A stretch of 64,000 nt of DNA from Takakia lepidozioides (Eukaryota > Plantae > Bryophyta), in NCBI GenBank assembly GCA_030704615.1, contig CM060733.1, positions 47,802,001 through 47,866,000 on the forward strand. The letters run 5' to 3'. Numbering within the stretch: the stretch's first letter is position 1; every line of letters starts with the position of its first letter. Below are positions 27,200 to 41,300 of this stretch, one piece after another. Position numbers and translations under genes: made by a program. The notes beneath the pieces are model-generated. The model worked only from the letters and a program-made list of their open reading frames with translations, was not told the DNA's origin and did no database searches.

Positions 27200-28119
27200 C
27201 CCCGTAGTGTCTCCAGCTGCAATTAACATCTACCCCGTGTCTCGAAACTCTCAAGGTAATGGCAGCTAGGACATTGGCACTTGTTTCGAGCTCCATTGGG
27301 CTTCCTCACTTGTCATCCTAGAAAGCGCCTCACCCTCCATCAACATGTTGACCAACTGCGTTGCTAGCTCCGACGTAGAGGTTGGTCCAAGGTCGAATCT
27401 GGATCCATTCGAACCCTGCTGCAAAAATAAAGTATAGGGGTGCTATGTCTAATGGCATCCCTCTCTAGGTCGGCCTCTTCCACAATTTTCATGTCAACTA
27501 TCTCGTCGTTCTCCTCCTGAGGAATCTCCTGTTCCTGCAAACCAGCCTATTCGGCGGATAGGGAAAAGAGGTCGGTCAGTAATTCGAACTGTGGAAGTGC
27601 ATCGGTTGCTACCGAGTGTACCATCACCTCCTTGCCTTGGTTTTCTCCTAAAAATCAGGCGATGCAGTCCACATCAGACTTGCATTTGCATAATCCCAGA
27701 CCTAGGGACCTGACTGCATCCTCTAGTCCTACCTTCCTTCGCTTAACCTCCCTGCAAGGCGCGGTAGTTGTTGCCAGTACTCGGTGAGCATGTGGTCTCG
27801 GAGGAATCTCCTCATCCGACCATAAATCTTCTTTGCTCAAGTCTGCAGACTCTTCATCGGAGCCGATCGCGCCACTGAGCTCATCCTCATCCGTAATGAC
27901 ATGAGGTGCCCTTGAAAGAAATGCAACAGTAGTAGTGTAAGGTCTTACCCCGTAAGTGATGGTGCCTTCCCCCCAGTCTGTTCGTGCTCGAGACTGGACC
28001 AACCATGGCCTCCCCAATAGGAGGGCGTAAGAATATTCGTCGATGGGAAAGTCAATGATTTGAAAGTCCACCGCGTACGTGTAGCCACCCATCTTCATTT
28101 TGACATTTGCTATGTGGCC
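27200..28119 (-). mobile_element. Gypsy family B protease C-terminal half (inverted continuation of 19460)
   Basis: GHIANVKMKMGGYTYAVDF...YALLLGRPWL completes the protease interrupted at IIRMTD..RIRPVG (19430-19460). Confidence 0.8.
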
Positions 28120-29850
28120 GAGCTTTCAACTTCCGCCGCGGTCTGGATGTGAGGACTCTCTCAGGAGAGCCACGCCCTTCAGGCGGCATAAGTCCCAGCC
28201 AAAATGGAAAAAGATCTCCGTTTTCAGGGTACATGCCTCGAATAGCATGTTAAGCCAAGATTAGCATCAGATTTAGGGTACGTATCCAGGAAGCCATGTG
28301 TCGCCAGCCCGAATGAAAACGGACGGCGGTGGACATTTATTGCCCAACTGCGCAATTAAATGTCGGATGAAGCCCTCCATGTCGGATGAAAAACGACGGA
28401 ACTCGGCCCGGAATTTCCAACGTAGAGGTAATTCGGAGCGCTGCAGGATGGAAATCCGGCGCCGGATTTCCATCCTGCAGGTAATTCGGAGCGCAGCAGG
28501 ATGGAAATTCAGCGCCGAATTTCCATCCTGCAAGGTAGGGCGGGCGCGAAATTTCCCTCACGCAGGTAATTCAGAAGCGGATGGATGGAAATCCGGCGCC
28601 GGATTTCCATCCGCGCAGGTAGGGCGGCGCGCGAAATTTCCCTCACGCAGGTAATTCGGAGCCAAGCAGGATGGAAATTTAGCACCGAATTTCCATCCTG
28701 CAAAGTAGGGCGGCGCGCGAAATTTCCCTCACGCAGGTAATTCAGAAGCGAAATCCGGCGCCGGATTTCCATCCATCCGCCTCCGAATTACTTGCGTGAG
28801 GGAAATTTCGCGCGCCGCCCTACCTGCGCGGATGGAAATCCGGCGCCGGATTTCCATCCATCCGCCCGAATTACCTGCGTGAGGGAAATTTCGCGAGCCG
28901 CCCTACCTGCGCGGATGGAAATGCAGCGCCGGATTTCCATCCATCCGCCTCCGAATTACCTGCGTGAGGGAAATTTCTCGCGCCGCCCTACCTTGCAGGA
29001 TGGAAATTCGGCGCCGCAAGGTTGGTCGGAGAGCGGATGGATGGAAATCCAGCGCCGAAATTCCATCCTGCAGGTAATTCGAATCCCGGATGGATGGAAA
29101 TCCGGCGCCGAATTTCCATCCAGCAGGTAAGTCGGATCGCTGGCGTATGGATATTCGGCGCCGGATTTCCATCCAGCAGGTAAGTCGGATCGCTGGCGTA
29201 TGGATATTCGGTGCCAGATTTCCATCCGCAAGGTTGGTCGGAGAGCGGATGGATGGAAATCCGGCGCCGAATTTCCATCCAGCAGGTAAGTCGGATCGCT
29301 GGCGTATGGATATTTACATTCGCCAGGTATTTCGAAGCGCTGAATTACCTTCCTGCAGGTAATTCTGAGCGTGTCCGATTGATTTTTCGTAGAAAAACAA
29401 ACCTAACTGTTTGTTTTGTGGCTGAAGTGCACTTGTAGACATATTTTTCTTGGAATCCTTGACTTCTAGAGGCAAATCGGAACAGCCCCGGACGGAAATT
29501 CGGCGCCGTTTTTCCATTCTGGGAGGTTTTTACGACTTCCTTTGAGGGGGCCTCGATGGAAATTCGGCGCCGAATTTCCATCCGGGGGATGGTCTCTGTC
29601 GGAGAGGTGCCGGCCTCTCCGCCGCTCTGTTGGATATTCGGTGCCGAATTTCCGTCCGGGGGTTGAAATATGACGGCCAGGTGCCGGCCTCTCCCCCCTC
29701 CCCGACTGCATTGGAACGGCCCCGGATGGAAATTCGGCGCCGTTTTCCCATCTGGGGAGGTTTTTATGTCGGCCAGTTTTCGGCCTGACCCCTGGACACG
29801 ACTTCCTTTGGGGGGGCCCGGATGGAAATTTGGCGCCGAATCTCCATCCA
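28120..29850. repeat. Upstream segment of paralog A with an array of GGAAAT(T/C)CGGCGCCG(A/G)ATTTCC palindromes
   Basis: Near-identical to 60625-62448. Many 22-30 bp palindromes (e.g. GGATGGAAATCCGGCGCCGGATTTCCATCC) with short conserved spacers. Confidence 0.92.
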
Positions 29851-30989
29851 GGGGATGCTCTCTGTCGAACACGTGCCGGTTCTTCTACTTCAGAGAGATG
29901 TTGGTGCTGCTCTCAAGTTAGCATGAGAGAGGTGATAACTTTCTGAAAAATGGAATGGAGGACTGCCTGGACTTCAAACCAGGAGTAGAGAGAACGAGAA
30001 GTGATGCAAGCATTGCAGTGGAATGCTGATTGAGGGGAGATTTTCCAAACCCTCAGTCACAGAATGTATTGTCTTGATTCTGTTTTCTTTTTTTTCTGGT
30101 TCAGCACTGTGAGTCTGGAATCAACGTTGCTTTAGGGTTTTAGAGGTGATCATACCTGCAAAGTGGATGCTGTAGAGTAGAAACAAGTAAGATTTGCTGG
30201 TCAGTATTATAGCATAGGAATGAGGGTTCAGGTTACCAAGAATTAAGGCCTGGCATATGCATGCACAAAGTAGTGGAATGCATGGTAGATCTCTTGCAAA
30301 CTGTTGGGTGCTTCTACATTGCATGTAGCTGCATAAGTGACACTGTCATTTCAAGTTAGTTGTTAGACTGAGAGGGATCTGTTTCTGGAACTCTGTTAAT
30401 TGGGAGTTGAATGCAGACTAAGGTTTTTGTTTTGTAGAATGCATATAGTTAAGGGGCTTGTATTTACTAACTGACAAACTGATTGCTTTTGCAAGCAATC
30501 AGAATGAAGAGGGTCTCTGTGTGGAAAAAGAGAAAGACCAATGAAGGATGAAGGGAGGGTCACTTGTGAGTTAAAGGAAAAACCATGAGAGGCAGTGAAC
30601 TACCTGTACCTGCACATGGTGGTAGATCCATGTTGCATCCTCACATCACAATGCTTTCATTCTAGAGGAAGTTCAGCATGTACTACTTTTAAAAGTAACC
30701 ACCAATAGGCTGTGTATTCACCCTGACAGTGAGCTGTTTGTGACACTGAAATCATAACAGCATTTTTATTGGTGTATGCAAACCGGACTTGAATGTACCA
30801 AGTCATAAAAGGGAGAAACTTCCCAGTCCCATCCATGTCTTCTCTTCTGCTGCGGCCAGGATGAAGGCATCTGGTCTCTGATCATGAACAGGGTAGAGGC
30901 ACTCATTAGGGGTGTGAGTCTTAGGGTAACAAGCATATCTTTCACTAAGAACTAGATAGAATTAGACAGAAGGGGATTTATGCCCCTTT

Positions 30990-31562
30990 CTTTTCACACT
31001 ACAGGACTCTGCATCTTTGGTACCATGGGGTCTCTGACCATACCAGAGTTTTCATAGAGAAGATCGCCCTTCTCAATTTCTGCCACTACTTGCTTTGTAG
31101 TGGGGATGTCCAATCCCTCCCTCTCCACAATAAGAGGCTCCGGTGTAACAGCAAGTCCAGTATGAGTTACCACTGGGGCAACCTGGTCAGCTTGCTGTGC
31201 TGGCCGTGGTACTGAAATGACTTCTTCCTCCCTTCGGGCTTCCAACAATAGCAGCCCATTGTGCTGCCGCACCCCATCCTGTGCATTTGGAAACATCATC
31301 GTGAGGGTTCCTTATGGCAAGTGGATCCGCCATTACAATTGCGTCCCTCTTCTATCTCTTGGACTGGTGCTGCCTCCCTAATCCTCCTTCACCTTGTGAA
31401 GAGCCTTGCTCCTCAACTGCAGTTGTGGCTGCCTCAAACACCCCCATTACCTTGCGTTCTTGTGCATCAAATAAGCAAGAATCAAAGATAATCTGTGCAA
31501 TAATTGGGCCAGACACAATGATCAGGGACTTGGTAGCAGTAGTCTGTAATCGTTTCATGACC
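30990..31562 (-). mobile_element. Fragment of the Gypsy family A 3' accessory ORF
   Basis: MKRLQTTATKSLIIVSGPIIAQII...EIEKGDLLYENSG is homologous to 58160-58720. Confidence 0.8.
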
Positions 31563-34303
31563 TATTACCCTCCTGAACGTGACCTATAAAATGATAGCTA
31601 AGGCATTGGCTCTAAGGCTCCAGCCCCTCCTGCCCTCCCTCATCAGACCCAATCAAACGGGTTTCATAAAAGGTAGATATATTCTGGACAATCTTCTTCT
31701 AGCCCAAGAGCTCCCGCACTATGCTCACAAGACCAATCAGGCCATTGCCTTGATTCTTCTGGACTTTGAGAAAGCATTCGACAGAGTGGAATGGAGCTAT
31801 CTTTTGGCTGCGCTTTCCAAGATAGGGTTCCCCCTCTCCTTTTGCAAATGGGTCAAAATTCTTTTTACTACCTCTTCCAGCAGGGTTATTGTTCATGGTC
31901 ACCCGTCAGCCTCTTTCCTCCTACAGAGATCTATTCGTCAGGGCTGCCCCCTTGCGCCCTTTATGTTCCTCATTGTGGCAGACTCGCTGGGGTATATGCT
32001 TCAGAGCAATACGCTCATTACGGGCCTGCACATCACAAACTACATCACTCAGCAAAGAACCCACGTTATTGATTCTATGTTTGTGGATGATACCTTCTTG
32101 ATGCTTCACGCAAACAAGTAAAATCTGGACAGTGTTGGAAACACCCTGAACTCTTTCTGCGCAGCCTCTGGCTTTAAGGTGAACTGGCACAAAACTTCTG
32201 CCTTACTGGTGGGGGACCAATCTGCCTCTATGCTTGGAGATACCCCTTCCTGGGGTACGAACTATGGTCTCAAATGGCTAGGTCCAGGGGAATCCACTAC
32301 CCTTCTCGGTTACACGTTTGGCATAGACCTCTCAGATGTACAAAGATTCAAACCTATCCTAATCCAGCTGAAGCTCAAGGTAGCTTTCTGGGGTGGTAAG
32401 CATCTTTCCATAACTGGTAGGGTCTTGGCTACTAACCAGATACTATTTGCTGGTATTTGGTACTATGCAGCTTTTTGGCACCCTAATATCTCCCAGATTC
32501 AGGAAATCAAGGGGCTCATCAGAAATTTCATTCGGGGGGCTGAAAGCTCGGCGGAGAAAAAAGGCCTCAAGTGGCTTGGATCCAAATTTGTCTCCCCAAA
32601 AAAAAGGGCGGCCTAGGAATAATTGATCTGGAAACTCAGATCTTGGCGCTTTTGGCAAAGTGGATCCCAAGATTCTTGGTTCCAGAAGGAGGGATGTGGA
32701 AGTTCCTTGTGTATGACAATATTACCCTCTCTTCTCCTCTAAAGATCACGATTTGTAAGCCATCCCTTCGATGGATAACCCAGGGTTTCAAGCTCAAATC
32801 AGAAGGATCCCAACTGTGGTCAAGCATTTGGCAAGCCTAGGGAAGGATGCGCCAGTTCCTTCAAAAGAATCCAACATCTTCATTCTATGAGGTGCTTCGT
32901 CAACACCTCTTCATGAACACCAACAATCCTAACCCCCAGCAAAAACAACACGCTAATCGCACGCAGCCGACCTTGGCATCAGCGTCATCTCGGAGCATGG
33001 TATTGTCGAGCAAGAATGGATTGAGCAAAGCCCCCGCATAATGCAAGTTGGGCAGCTTGGGACCGTTCGGGATTAGCCAGGTACACAACATTTGGGTGAA
33101 CACAGGATTCAAATCTCAAGAGAATATAGCACTAGTAGTTGGCTCTGTGAGGACAACAAATGGTTATCGGGCAGTTAAGGATTCTATACCTGCCCACTGG
33201 TCGGCTATCCTCAACTCTGGACCACTGGCTTCATCTCTCCCCTTCTGGCTCTTTCCATTCTCGATGGTTGTCTCTCCATTGTAAAAGACTCATCTCCCTC
33301 CCACCATTCAGTCTTTCCCTTTTGCTATAGATACCACGTCACTATCCCTGTCTCTGTTATCCTCAAACCATATAAACATCCCCCCCTCCACTCTTACTCT
33401 AGTGCGCATCTGTTGCTGGTCTCTTCCTGGCAAACCCCTGGATCCTAAACCTGATCTCCTGACACCCTTGGTGCAATGGCTGGAAGACAATACCTTTGTT
33501 TGGATCCTAGGCCGGCCATTGGCAGAGCTAGACATTGACCTGATGGAATGGTCTTGGAAATTCTCAAGGTCGCCTGAGCCCTTCTTTTCCTACACAACCA
33601 AGAAAGGATATAAAGTTCTCTCTAACCATCAATGCTTGAAAAAAATGGGAAGCCAAATGGGAGCATTTTGGCTTTCATGATGAAAATTGGTCTACCATTT
33701 GGAGCTCGGTTTGGATAAAAGCTCGCCCGGCCAAGATATCAGCTTTCCTATGGCAGGTGGTCAATAGGGCTCTCAAAGTGGGTGAATGGCTACAGTTTCG
33801 AGCAGCCTTGATATGTGATTGTTGTACTGCTGGCATTATGGAGTCTCTCGAGCATTGTCTCCTTTTCTGTCAGGCCCCCGCCAAGATCTGGCCTCTGGTG
33901 AAAGCCTTCTACAGGAACTGGGATAACAGATCTCTTTCTATTTTAGATCTGCTGCTCAACTACAATAGGAATACAAAACAAAGATCTCTTAATTGTCCTG
34001 TCTTTGAGACTCTTCGCAGTTCCACCCTGTGGCACCTTTTGGAAGGCTCGCTGCAGAAAGATATTTTCAGGGGAAACAACCTCGATCTCCGCCCTTCTTG
34101 CTTGTGTGTTTTATGACCTAGGGGTAGAGTCAAGAAAGGTCTGGTGCAAAATGTGTGCAGATGTTGAGCGAAACTCCGGAAATGCGGCAACCATCCACTC
34201 TGCCTTCCGAGAGTCCTGGGGCAAGCAAGGTCTTATCTGCCACACCACTGCGTTGGACACCTGCAACTGGTCCGAGCTCCCTCCCCCTGGCTGGCAACAG
34301 TAA
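31563..34303 (+). mobile_element. L1-clade LINE, 5'-truncated decayed ORF2
   Basis: YKMIAKALALRL, NQTGFIKGR, DFEKAFDRV, IRQGCPLAP, FVDD, LPKKKGGLGI, and C-terminal CDCC...ESLEHCLLFC zinc knuckle; stops/frameshifts; no poly(A). Confidence 0.92.
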
Positions 34304-34317
34304 GGTAACTAGCTAAC

Positions 34318-35070
34318 ATGAATACGGGAAGGAATACAAATAGGAAACACCCCCATGATACACTAGCTGTAGGTATGACTGATTGTTCTGAGCGGGCTGA
34401 GTACTTAGAGATTTCCAACTCTTCTATCTTGGAGTTCCCACCTCGGATAGCGAAGGGATGGGTGAGTAAAAGCCGCTCGACATTTGGCGACCATACTGGG
34501 GAACTGAGTCATGAACAATCAGATGTGACAGGCATCTGGTGGGATCATGGTGATTGGAGAATTAAAGAATTTGATGTGAATCAAATTCCCTGTGAAACTG
34601 AGAAGGAAAGATTGTCCAAACGATTCTTTCAGAGGTTCTTGGAATTGCCAGACGGTTGTAAAGAAAACATTCTTAAAAGAGTGCATGATGCTGACCCTGA
34701 ATGGGGTCTGGAGAAAGGAGTGATAAAGATTTATCAGGTGGCCTGTAGAGGAAGAGCACGTTGGTTACCAACACTGGTTTATGTGATAGCATTGCTATCC
34801 ATTAAGCGAGTAGAATTTGAAGGCTGGGAGGAAAGAAATGTGAATGTTTATACTCATATGCATGAAGAGCTTGTACTGGTAAAGAATTGGATTCCAAAGG
34901 ATATTTTGTGGATCAAACTCACACCAAGAACAGCTTTCCAGACTTGTTTGCCATATGGTTATATGGTAATGGAGACTTCTAGTATAGCCAAGGGTGCATT
35001 GAAGCTTGAAAGAAACCCAGGCATATACGAGAGATATTACAGAAGAGAGTTTTGGTTATTGCCACATTAA
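34318..35070 (+). CDS. Accessory ORF upstream of gag, Gypsy family A copy 3
   Basis: Open 250-aa frame, homologous over its full length to 6105-6803. Confidence 0.65.
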   Translation: MNTGRNTNRKHPHDTLAVGMTDCSERAEYLEISNSSILEFPPRIAKGWVSKSRSTFGDHTGELSHEQSDVTGIWWDHGDWRIKEFDVNQIPCETEKERLSKRFFQRFLELPDGCKENILKRVHDADPEWGLEKGVIKIYQVACRGRARWLPTLVYVIALLSIKRVEFEGWEERNVNVYTHMHEELVLVKNWIPKDILWIKLTPRTAFQTCLPYGYMVMETSSIAKGALKLERNPGIYERYYRREFWLLPH

Positions 35071-38000
35071 AAGAAATGAAAGACATGGGACATGAGTGAT
35101 GAAAGAGAAGCTAGACTCCAGAGATATTCAGCAAAAAGAGAAAGCTATCTGAAAGCTAATTATCCATATCTTTGGGAGAGAGGAATAGACATAGGGGAAT
35201 CATCTGGACCTCTCACACCATTAAGATCAAAGAGTACATCACCCATACCAGAAGAACTAGAGTTGGATGCCACTCCTTCTTTTTCTTTGCAAGAAAGATT
35301 AAGGGAATTGGTACGGGAAGAAGATCAATCACGAGGTGAAAGATCTGAGGTACATCCCTGGATAAAAGATTTGACAGAAATCTTTGATAAGAGTTGGCAT
35401 GGAACACCAAAAGCAGGAACTCCAGCTTCTGAAGTGGAGGGTGAAGAAGGAGGAGAGGATGTGGCAGAACCAACGGAGAGTTCAGACTCTCCAACACCAT
35501 TGCAATTGAGTTACATGAGTGAAGAAGAAACCCAAGGGCAGAACTTGGAGGATGAAAATAGAGAGAAGAAATTGGAAGAGGAAGAGTATGAAGAAGTAGA
35601 CCCAACAGCTGAGGTTGAGAGACTACAACCAGGACATCCCAACCCGTTGGACCTGGATCAAGTGGAGCACTTGGATCACAGGCCAACGAAGGTGTCGGCT
35701 CAAGGGGATCAGGCGGGATGCCTGGATCTGACTCTGGGGGGACAGGGAGTGTGGGAAGTAGTGCAACTGGAGCTGGGAATACTGTGAATATTGTGGGGCC
35801 AGTAGTAGGAAGTGCTCAGGGGCCACCACTTGGTGGAAGATCCACCACAACTACAACAGGTCCTCAAGGACCAGCACCAGCAAGGGTGCCAGCACCTGTC
35901 AGTGGGCAGAGGGTAGGGCCACAGATGGCGTTACAACAAACACGGGCAAAACCACCTTTTCCAATATATTCAGGAAAAGGGGATCCTGATGTACACATTA
36001 GCCATTTGAGCACATGTGTATAGTGAACAATGAGAATGGCGATGATGCCAAGATGAGATTGTTTCCTTGTTCACTTATCAAGAAAGCAAGTGAATGGTAT
36101 GCAAGATTTCTTGATAATCATTTCCTAACCTGGAATGGCTTGAATACAACATTCCGAAATAGGTTCAGGACAAGTAAAACTGAGGATGAAGTGTATGGAA
36201 GTTTACGACAGTTAAAGCAAAAGAAGCATGAAACTGTTGAGGAGTATATGGAAAAGATGGAATTGATGATGAAAAAGCTGGCTGCTGTACCAGCACCAGG
36301 TTTACAGAAGACTTGGTTTGTGAGTGGACTAAGACTAGAGTTGCAGAAGAAAGTGGATATGTTACCCCATAATACAGTGGAGGAGGCATTTGAAACAGCA
36401 AACAGAATTGAGCAATTGGGAATGCTCAGGAGAGAGAAAAGGGATGATGAGGACTCTGAGGATGAGTCAGATGAAGAAGAAGAGCAAGAACTGAAAAGGA
36501 AGAGTAAGAGAAAGGAGAAGTTGAAGAGGGATAACTATGAGAAAAGATTAGAAGAAATCTTGAAGAAGTATGCCACAGAGGCTGCAAAACATTGGAGGAA
36601 GGGTGTTTGGTGTGCAAAGTGCCAGAATGAAGGCCATACCACCACTAAATGCCACGTGAAGGAGAAACACTGTACTATTTGTAAGATGGATAACCATTCT
36701 ACTGAGAATTGTTACTACAACAGAAGGACAGCTGCAAGAGAACCTAGGCAAGTAAGGGTGCATCAAGTGCAACCCCAGCCAAGAAGAAACAATGATCAGG
36801 ACCACTATGGTAGGCCTGGTGGTTATAACAATGGCATGGAAGGGAGAGGTAATTCAAGAGGGAATTACCAAGGAAATGCCAGAGGCAACTATCAGGGTAA
36901 TTCAAGGGGGAATTACCAGCCAGGGAATCAGGATTACAGAAATAATCCAAGAGCAGACCAAGGGCGAGGACCCAATGGTGAAGAACTGTGTTACTATTGT
37001 AATCAGCCAGGACATCGCAAGGCAGCCTGTTCATTCTGGATTAGACACCAGAATGAGATGAGAGCTCCTATGAATGAGGGCCCAGTGGTGATAGCTCACA
37101 TGGTTAGGCCATGTGTTGTACCAGAAGTAAGTACAATGATAGTAACAAGAAGCAAAGCCAAACTAATACCTCCAGTAGTTGAGGAAGATGATGATAATGA
37201 AGATGGCAGTGATATGCCTGAAGATGATGAGGCTTGGAGAGATGAGAAGGAACTGCACAAGGAAGTGGCAGATACCATAAGGGAAATGCAGAAGAGTACT
37301 GATAATCCTGTGGCAGATTCCTCTGATTCTGATGGAGAAGAAGAAGTGAGTGAGGATGAAAGGAAGAAAGAAGTTGCAGACATGCAAAGTAATGAAGGGA
37401 CTTTGGCTGAAGTAATATGCCAGACCAAAGCAGAGATTACCATTGGACAGCTATTGGCTGTGGCACCTTATTGTAGACACAAGCTGTATCAAGCAATCAA
37501 TCGAATTGCCCAGGAGACAGGAAACACAGACCTGAACAGCAAGGTAACCAGTTATAATGTGAAGCTGGAAAAGGCGAGAAACAGTCATGGACTTTGATGA
37601 TTCTATGCCAGTAATCCAATTGAGAATTGGAAGCACAGAACTAACTGATGTACTAATAAGATGGAGGCTCTGGAGTAAATATCATGACAGACCAATTAAG
37701 GAAGAAGCTTGGTCTAAGTAACATGAAACCAGCCCCATTTACAGTAACAATGGCAGATCAAAGAAGTCTACAGCCATTGGGATTGATAAGAGGAGTTAAG
37801 ATACAGATACAGAAGATGATCTTTATGATCACAGTAACTGTGTTGAAGATGGATGAAGTCATGGAGGCTTACTCCTTATTATTGGGACGTCCGTGGCTGA
37901 AACAGGCCAGGGTATTCCATGACTGGAATTCTCAGTTACTAACCGTGCATAATGGGATGCACGAGATACAAATTACCACAAAGAAATCTAGTAGATTACC

Positions 38001-38364
38001 TGCTACAAGAAGACCTCGAGGGGTCAGAGAGTATGACTGGAGAGGAGGACTGGATGAGGAGCAGGAAGCTACCCTGTTCGCTGCACACCCAGAGTGGGAG
38101 CAGGTTGCAGAGATGCGGCTGGAAGGCCTAAGTGTTTTAAGAGGTCTGCTGTGGTGTAGTGTCAGCAACACCAATTGAAGAGGAAACCAGCAATTACCCA
38201 TCACATTTCTATGAAGAAAGAGAAGGAGAAATGGAAATCCTAGAGGAACCAGCCACTGTGAGTTTACAGGATGAAGTGGTGACTGGTTGGACAATCACAG
38301 CTGATGAGCAAGTGAGGGAAGTGAATGTGGGAACTGAAGAGGAACCGAGGATGGTGAAGGTAGG

Positions 38365-41300
38365 TCCCAGACGTAGAACATGTGGTTGCAAAATTGCTGG
38401 GTGTTCTTTCCCATCATGAGGCCCAGCTCGAACTCCTCATTGGCATCTTTCCAGCACTCATCCCAGTTATCACTGATCTCTGGAGAAACTAATGTGCTTT
38501 TCCCATTTATATCCGTCAGTGACACATAAAAAACTTGTGCACCAAGTCTATATCCATGCACAAAATCACTCTCCAATTTTGTTATGTCATGGGAAAGAGG
38601 TGGACGCACAACAGACATTGATATCATCCGGCACAGAGGTATGTCCAGACGCCCTCCAGATACGAGCATGTCCCTTATAACCTCCTGAGAGTTTACCTTC
38701 TGGAATGACATGAGTTCTTTCACCTTGTCAAGGTAGTGCACTTCGGATTCATCTGCTTCATCTGTATTCTCTGAGCTTTTTGCGGACTCGTCCCCATCTC
38801 CAGATCCTTTCCCCTCTGATCCTGTAGGCTTCGACCTCACAGTTTTCTGCACGATGCCATTCAGTTCTGACTAAGTGATTTGCAAATAGTGAATGGCGGT
38901 AACGACAATCACTCTGTATCAAGGAAACTCACCATGAATGGTGTGAAAGAATTCAGCACAATCTACACATGCAAAGCCGAGACTGTCGTATTCAAAACAA
39001 AAGCGAGAGCGATAGCGAACGGCGTTAACGACAATCACAAAAGATAACAACCTGCCGGATCGGTGTTGTGTAATGACATATATGTGCAACTGATTGGCGG
39101 AGCTAATCACTACTTGAATGAATGCAGCAAGAACTGGCAGAGGCAGCTGAGAAGGGAAAATCCGAATATTACCGTACTACACCAGAGGAATTAAGGACAT
39201 CAAAGGGTGTGGAAGCTGCAATAAAGAAGGAGTTTGAGATGCGAAGAACCAAATTGATGTCAGCCTTCGGAAAGCAGCTTAGAATAGTAGATCCTGGACT
39301 TGGTCCTGAGTTCCTTCAGTAGATCAAAACACACTATGACAAGCATGTGCATCCGGAGATGCAGCAGGAGAAATTGCACCGGCTGGCCATATCGATGGTC
39401 GACCCACAAACAAAATAAGGTGGCTGGAGATATGGAACTCAGATCAAACAGTAAAGGACTTGAATCAGTTCCCAAAGAGCACCATACAGCCTGACACAAA
39501 GGTGGAAGGAATCAGTGATTTGGTGTTTGATAACTGGCTCCACAAGGCTACATTTTGGAGTCAGGTGTATTCGAACATGCTGTTTCTTCTTCAAGTATGT
39601 GATGTGTATCTTTTTTGCAATTCTGACAAATATACTATTTGCAGCTCGAAAAGCGCGTCGTCATTGTGCTGGATCAGACTTTGAAGGACCTGAACATTGC
39701 GATTGTTTCCCCTCCCCAAATGTCATTGGAGGCATACATAAGGAAGTGGAGAGGTCTCACCTGGAGATACTGTTTTTCCGGGAGTTCTCCAAAGATGGTA
39801 ACATTTTACGGTCCAACGACTTTGACAGTCAGGTTGGAGGAGAGTGGGCCATGATGCGAGTGTGTACAGGTGCAAATGTCATACTTGAAACTCTACTGTT
39901 TTTTTGGGAAAAAATGTGGCTTCATATGGATTGCAATCTTAGATCCAGATTGAATGTCGTTGACGACATTCACTTCTTTGTCTGAGTCATTCTTAAGCGA
40001 GTATGAATTCACCTGGTTAGGATCTAAGGGTGCAATTATATTGTCCCTGATTAGAATTGATAATGTCCTTGAATGGCGTTGACGACATTCACATACGGAG
40101 TTGTTGAGAGGTCCTCAAGGTTATTTAAATTTTTGTAATGTCCATAGAGGTTACAATGAGGGTTCCTCACTTCATTTTGCTGAATGTCAATGCAGACATT
40201 CAGTTGTTCTGCATTGTTTTTTCCTCTTGCGATGAATATGGAGGCTTGATAAGCTCTGTTTTAAGAAAATCCAAAGTGAATGTCGTTGACGACATTCACA
40301 GCTGTGTCTGTATTATTCAAAAGCGACAAATTCAATTTTCATGGATTGGGGAGCTAAGTAATTGGTTTTTTTTGTATTTTTGTGAATGGCGTTGACGCCA
40401 TTCACATACAGTGATGTTGTGAGGTCCTCAGTGATAGGTTCGTTATGAATGTGCATTGAGTTTTCCTGGATGGTTCCTTACTCAATTTTTTATTTCCATC
40501 CTGTGATTTTGCTTCATTTCAGTAATAATTTGGCCTCATTCTTGAATGTCGTTGACGACATTCACTTCTATGTCTGTGTCATTTCTAATCGATTATTTGC
40601 ATTCACCTGGATTAGGATGTATTTACAGTGTCATGGAATGGAATGTTCTGAATGGCGTTGACGACATTCATATCTGGAGCAGTAGTGTGGTCCTGAAAGG
40701 TCCTTGGAGTAGTTGTCAGAGCCATTCAATCCATGTTTTATTCTTTCTGTTCTACTTGCATCTTACTCACTGAGCGCTTTTGTGGGTTGGGATTCATCTC
40801 CTTTTTTCAGGTACACGAAATATGTGCTTATGGAAGGAAATCACCTGAGCGGAATTCCCGACTATCTTGACATGTGGTCGGACCCTGCAAACGATCCAAC
40901 CATGTATATACTGCAGGGATATTGAAGGACTGGAGTCCTTCTCACTTCAGAGACTGTGGGTGGTACCTTGACTGCCCACCTGAGCACACGACCTTTCAAG
41001 AACAGCATATGAAATACTTGAACAATAACGCTGAGATGCTGGCGCCTTTGACTGACGAAGAGTATCAACGAAACATAGCAACCTTGGCTGCCAAGGAGCC
41101 TGATGCTTAGGGAACGCCGCAGAAGGGAAAGAAGGCGGGCCGCAAACCAAAAGACAAGGCTGTTGATGTCATAGCCATCTCACCAGCAAAGCCAAAGGAC
41201 AAAGACAAGTCCAAAGAGAAGGAAAAGGACAAGGGGAAGGAGAATGAAAAGGAGATGGAGAGTGGGCAGGACTTTTAGTGCTGGAAGATATACCCGCACT

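Noticed and set aside
28273-29921. Many overlapping ORFs (MEIRRRISI..., GWKFGAEFPS...), also at 60778-62407
   Set aside because: Translations of palindromic repeats, giving the same peptides on both strands.
29850-30990. Possible gene or element end after the first palindrome array
   Set aside because: No recognisable ORF, TIR or homology within the window; left unannotated.
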